Of a DNA stretch of 64,000 nt, positions 61,697 through 64,000 are shown piece by piece (the first letter of the stretch is position 1; every line of letters starts with the position of its first letter). The DNA is from an uncultured Bacillales bacterium (lineage in GTDB: Bacteria; Bacillota_I; Bacilli_A; Acholeplasmatales; Anaeroplasmataceae). Location of the stretch: contig CAMOKL010000004.1 of the NCBI GenBank assembly GCA_946617655.1, positions 7,086 to 71,085 on the forward strand, read 5' to 3'. The notes under the pieces are model-generated. The model had not been told where the DNA came from, did not search any database, and was given only the letters and a program-made list of their open reading frames with translations. The position numbers were made by a program, and so were the translations under genes.

Positions 61697-62770
61697 CTAA
61701 TCCCCGTTATCTTCGTTAGGATTATTTACGGTAAATGCTAGATTTACCTTGAAGCTTGAAGCTTCATTAGGTGTTCCAATAATATAGTCAGCATCCCAGC
61801 CTTCCATAAATACAGTTATTACTAAATGTATATCTCTGAAATTTAATTTTGATACTGGATTTTCATATTCACTATCATATTTAAATGTAGAGATTGGATT
61901 TTTCTGGAATGATTCTTCTGTATTTAGATATGCGTTACCATCATGTGCAGCGCGAGTGAATTTTGAATCACCATGGATGCTATTCCAATAAGTATACATT
62001 GCATTCTTATCCTTATTATGGATATCATCTGTTGCGCCTTCAACTGCTGCAGAGCCTAAACCTAGGCTAGGTTCATATAAAACTACATTAGAATTATCTA
62101 CATTAGTAACTAACACTCTCATAGCATCAGCTGGATCATACGATACTGTATCACCTGAATCAAGCTCTGTGCCATCAACTAGTGTTAACTTATTGTCTAA
62201 CGCTTTAATATATTTTTCTTCTTTATTAGTATAAGCACTAGAAATTGTTGTATCAATATCGAAATATAGATCACAATCTTCTAAAGCCTTAGCTGTATTT
62301 TCGTATCTTAACCATAAATCGAATGATAAATAATCAGTATGCGAAGCATCAGCCATTACCATTTCATAAACGTTATCATAATCGTAATTGTCTTTTTCAT
62401 CTTCTGGAATCTCAATTTCAGAAGGTGTTACAGTATACATCTTAGGATAACCATTTTCATCAATAGTAATATCTCCACTTTCGTATGTACCAAGTGTTGA
62501 TTGACCATATTTTAATTCACTATAATTTGCATCTTCTCCAGCCCATGCTTCAATTACCTTTTTTATTTCAGATTTAGAAACATTTTGAGTAAAATGTGTT
62601 CCATCTGTTGAAATTAAAACTCCCGCTGAAGATTTTACATTATAATCATATTCATCAATCCACGCTACATTGTTTCTTGCGAACCAAGCGTATGTTACAG
62701 TGACGGCACATGCAGCAGTTAATACTAATGCTCCGCCAGCTAAAATGATTTTTCTAGACATAGACTTCAT
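61697..62770 (-). CDS. Secreted paralog 2 with a SipW-type signal peptide
   Basis: Start ATG at 62770 after AAGGAG; VTYAWF, YLSFDLWL, DAMRV, MYTYWN and FMEGWDAD motifs. Confidence 0.7.
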   Translation of the reverse strand: MKSMSRKIILAGGALVLTAACAVTVTYAWFARNNVAWIDEYDYNVKSSAGVLISTDGTHFTQNVSKSEIKKVIEAWAGEDANYSELKYGQSTLGTYESGDITIDENGYPKMYTVTPSEIEIPEDEKDNYDYDNVYEMVMADASHTDYLSFDLWLRYENTAKALEDCDLYFDIDTTISSAYTNKEEKYIKALDNKLTLVDGTELDSGDTVSYDPADAMRVLVTNVDNSNVVLYEPSLGLGSAAVEGATDDIHNKDKNAMYTYWNSIHGDSKFTRAAHDGNAYLNTEESFQKNPISTFKYDSEYENPVSKLNFRDIHLVITVFMEGWDADYIIGTPNEASSFKVNLAFTVNNPNEDNGD

Positions 62771-62844
62771 GTGCTCATCTCCTTTTCTAGTAATCATTAT
62801 AATTTTATTTCGTAGACAAATGTAGGACAATTACTAATAAATAA

Positions 62845-63873
62845 TTATACTGTCATATCTACTGATAATGTTAAACCAAATTTAATTGTACCAGAATATA
62901 TATTATCACCGAAATATCCTTCATCAGGGTCTTCACCCTCAAGCCAGAATAGAACTGTGAACTTCATATATCCACCAGCTTCAATTCTATAAGGATCATC
63001 GTTAAATACTGTACCAGCTTGATTACCAACGCTTTGGAAGCTTGTTAATGGAGCTAAGTCATCATTATAACCATGGTTTAAATAATATTCTCTTGAATCT
63101 TCATAACTTCTAAAGTCTGTATCATTTTCATCATATTCTCTTGACATATCCTCAGGCTTATAATAAATTCTTGCTTTAGTAGAATTTTCTTCTGTACCTT
63201 GAGTGAATACCATGATTCTAGATATTTCATCACAGTAATGAGATACATTACTATATGTCATTGTTGCTTTAAACTGAACTGATGTATTATCTGTTGAAGT
63301 ATTTACAACATAGAATGAATATGCATAAAGTGATCTACCTGTTACACCTAAATCAAGTAATGTTGTATAGTATGTAATATTTGGATCATATTTTTCATCT
63401 TCTGAAACCTTAACGAAGATGTAATCTAATTCATTTCCAACTGAATCGTATGATACAACTTCTTTTCTATAAATTTTATCAATATGTTCATTAAAATCAG
63501 CTTCATCAGTAACTTGAGCATCTACATAATCTGCTGAGTCACCTAACCATCTACCCATATGAGATGAGATTGATGTTAAAGTTGAATATTTATTGTTATC
63601 TAAGAAATATTGAGGATTATAGTCAGACATGTTATTTGCGCCTTCTGCAGTAAGCTTAGACTGTAGACTTGGTGCAACGCCATTCGGATTGTCTAATGTT
63701 ATTGATATTGACTTATCTAGGTTACCATCTTGAACCTGGATAACGAATGTTCCTGCTTCTTGACCTAATAACATAGCAATAATGATTATTGCAGATGCTA
63801 AGAATAATAAGAAGCATAAAGCTATTTTAACCCATTTGTTTCTAAATAAAGATACGAACTTGTTAACTAGCAT
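62845..63873 (-). CDS. Paralog 1: N-terminally membrane-anchored member of the same family
   Basis: Start ATG at 63873 after GGAGGTG; TM helix without the T(F/Y)AW motif; YAYSFYVVN and FWLEGEDPD motifs. Confidence 0.65.
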   Translation of the reverse strand: MLVNKFVSLFRNKWVKIALCFLLFLASAIIIIAMLLGQEAGTFVIQVQDGNLDKSISITLDNPNGVAPSLQSKLTAEGANNMSDYNPQYFLDNNKYSTLTSISSHMGRWLGDSADYVDAQVTDEADFNEHIDKIYRKEVVSYDSVGNELDYIFVKVSEDEKYDPNITYYTTLLDLGVTGRSLYAYSFYVVNTSTDNTSVQFKATMTYSNVSHYCDEISRIMVFTQGTEENSTKARIYYKPEDMSREYDENDTDFRSYEDSREYYLNHGYNDDLAPLTSFQSVGNQAGTVFNDDPYRIEAGGYMKFTVLFWLEGEDPDEGYFGDNIYSGTIKFGLTLSVDMTV

Positions 63874-63933
63874 CAAATCCACCTCCTGTCTATTATATTT
63901 CCCCCAAGGGTTAATTTGATTGTTATAGAAAAC

Positions 63934-64000
63934 AAAAAAGTTGCCCCTCTTTGTAGTAAAACACATTCCTACGAGTTGGCAACTGGCTGTCCGATTAGGG
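63934..64000 (-). promoter_or_regulatory. 3' part of a probable c-di-GMP-I (GEMM) riboswitch plus overlapping terminator (truncated by window edge)
   Basis: Minus strand CCUAA..GACAGCCAGUUGCC matches the GEMM 3' end. GUUGCC (63978-83) pairs with GGCAAC (63940-45), which is followed by a U6 tract. Confidence 0.5.

Noticed and set aside
63874-63966. ORF-track N-terminal extension of the last gene
   Set aside because: It runs through the terminator and leader; ATG 63873 has a strong GGAGGTG RBS.

Overview
This is a very AT-rich bacterial window in which almost every gene lies on the minus strand. TGA acts as a stop codon, and the gene set suggests a Bacillota- or Acholeplasmatales-like organism (an inference, not a database result). 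Positions 1-39.3 kb are mostly housekeeping genes: padR, a Tex with six S1 domains, whiA, an lgt-HAD fusion, hprK, uvrA, ligA, pcrA, an ABC-F, glnS, a panG-panBCD-coaBC-coaX operon, tsaE-tsaB-rimI-ybaK-tsaD, two COG0523-type genes, an ABC SBP and permease, a TrmH-family methylase, tpiA, ptsH and pgk. Two small RNA-based modules are embedded in this part: a candidate type I toxin-antitoxin (TA) locus at 20.1-20.5 kb, and a ~250-nt pseudoknot-containing RNA leading a PBECR4-like nuclease gene at 31.0-32.0 kb. Positions 39.5-51.3 kb form a TA-dense accessory island containing 2x AbiE, YefM-RelE, HTH-DUF3990 plus partner, a type III toxIN, Fic and several gene remnants around guaB; the toxins are lesioned and the antitoxins intact. 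Positions 51.3-64 kb hold a candidate surface-fibre system: five paralogous secreted proteins sharing a C-terminal [WYF]x[ED]GxD motif (four with SipW-type signal peptides), two SipW-type signal peptidases, a membrane-anchored McrB-like AAA+ GTPase and a nuclease-less DUF2357 partner. The 3' part of a probable c-di-GMP-I riboswitch precedes this block at the window edge. No rRNA, tRNA, CRISPR array or intact transposase/integrase was found. All family assignments come from motif recognition by eye; no searches were run.
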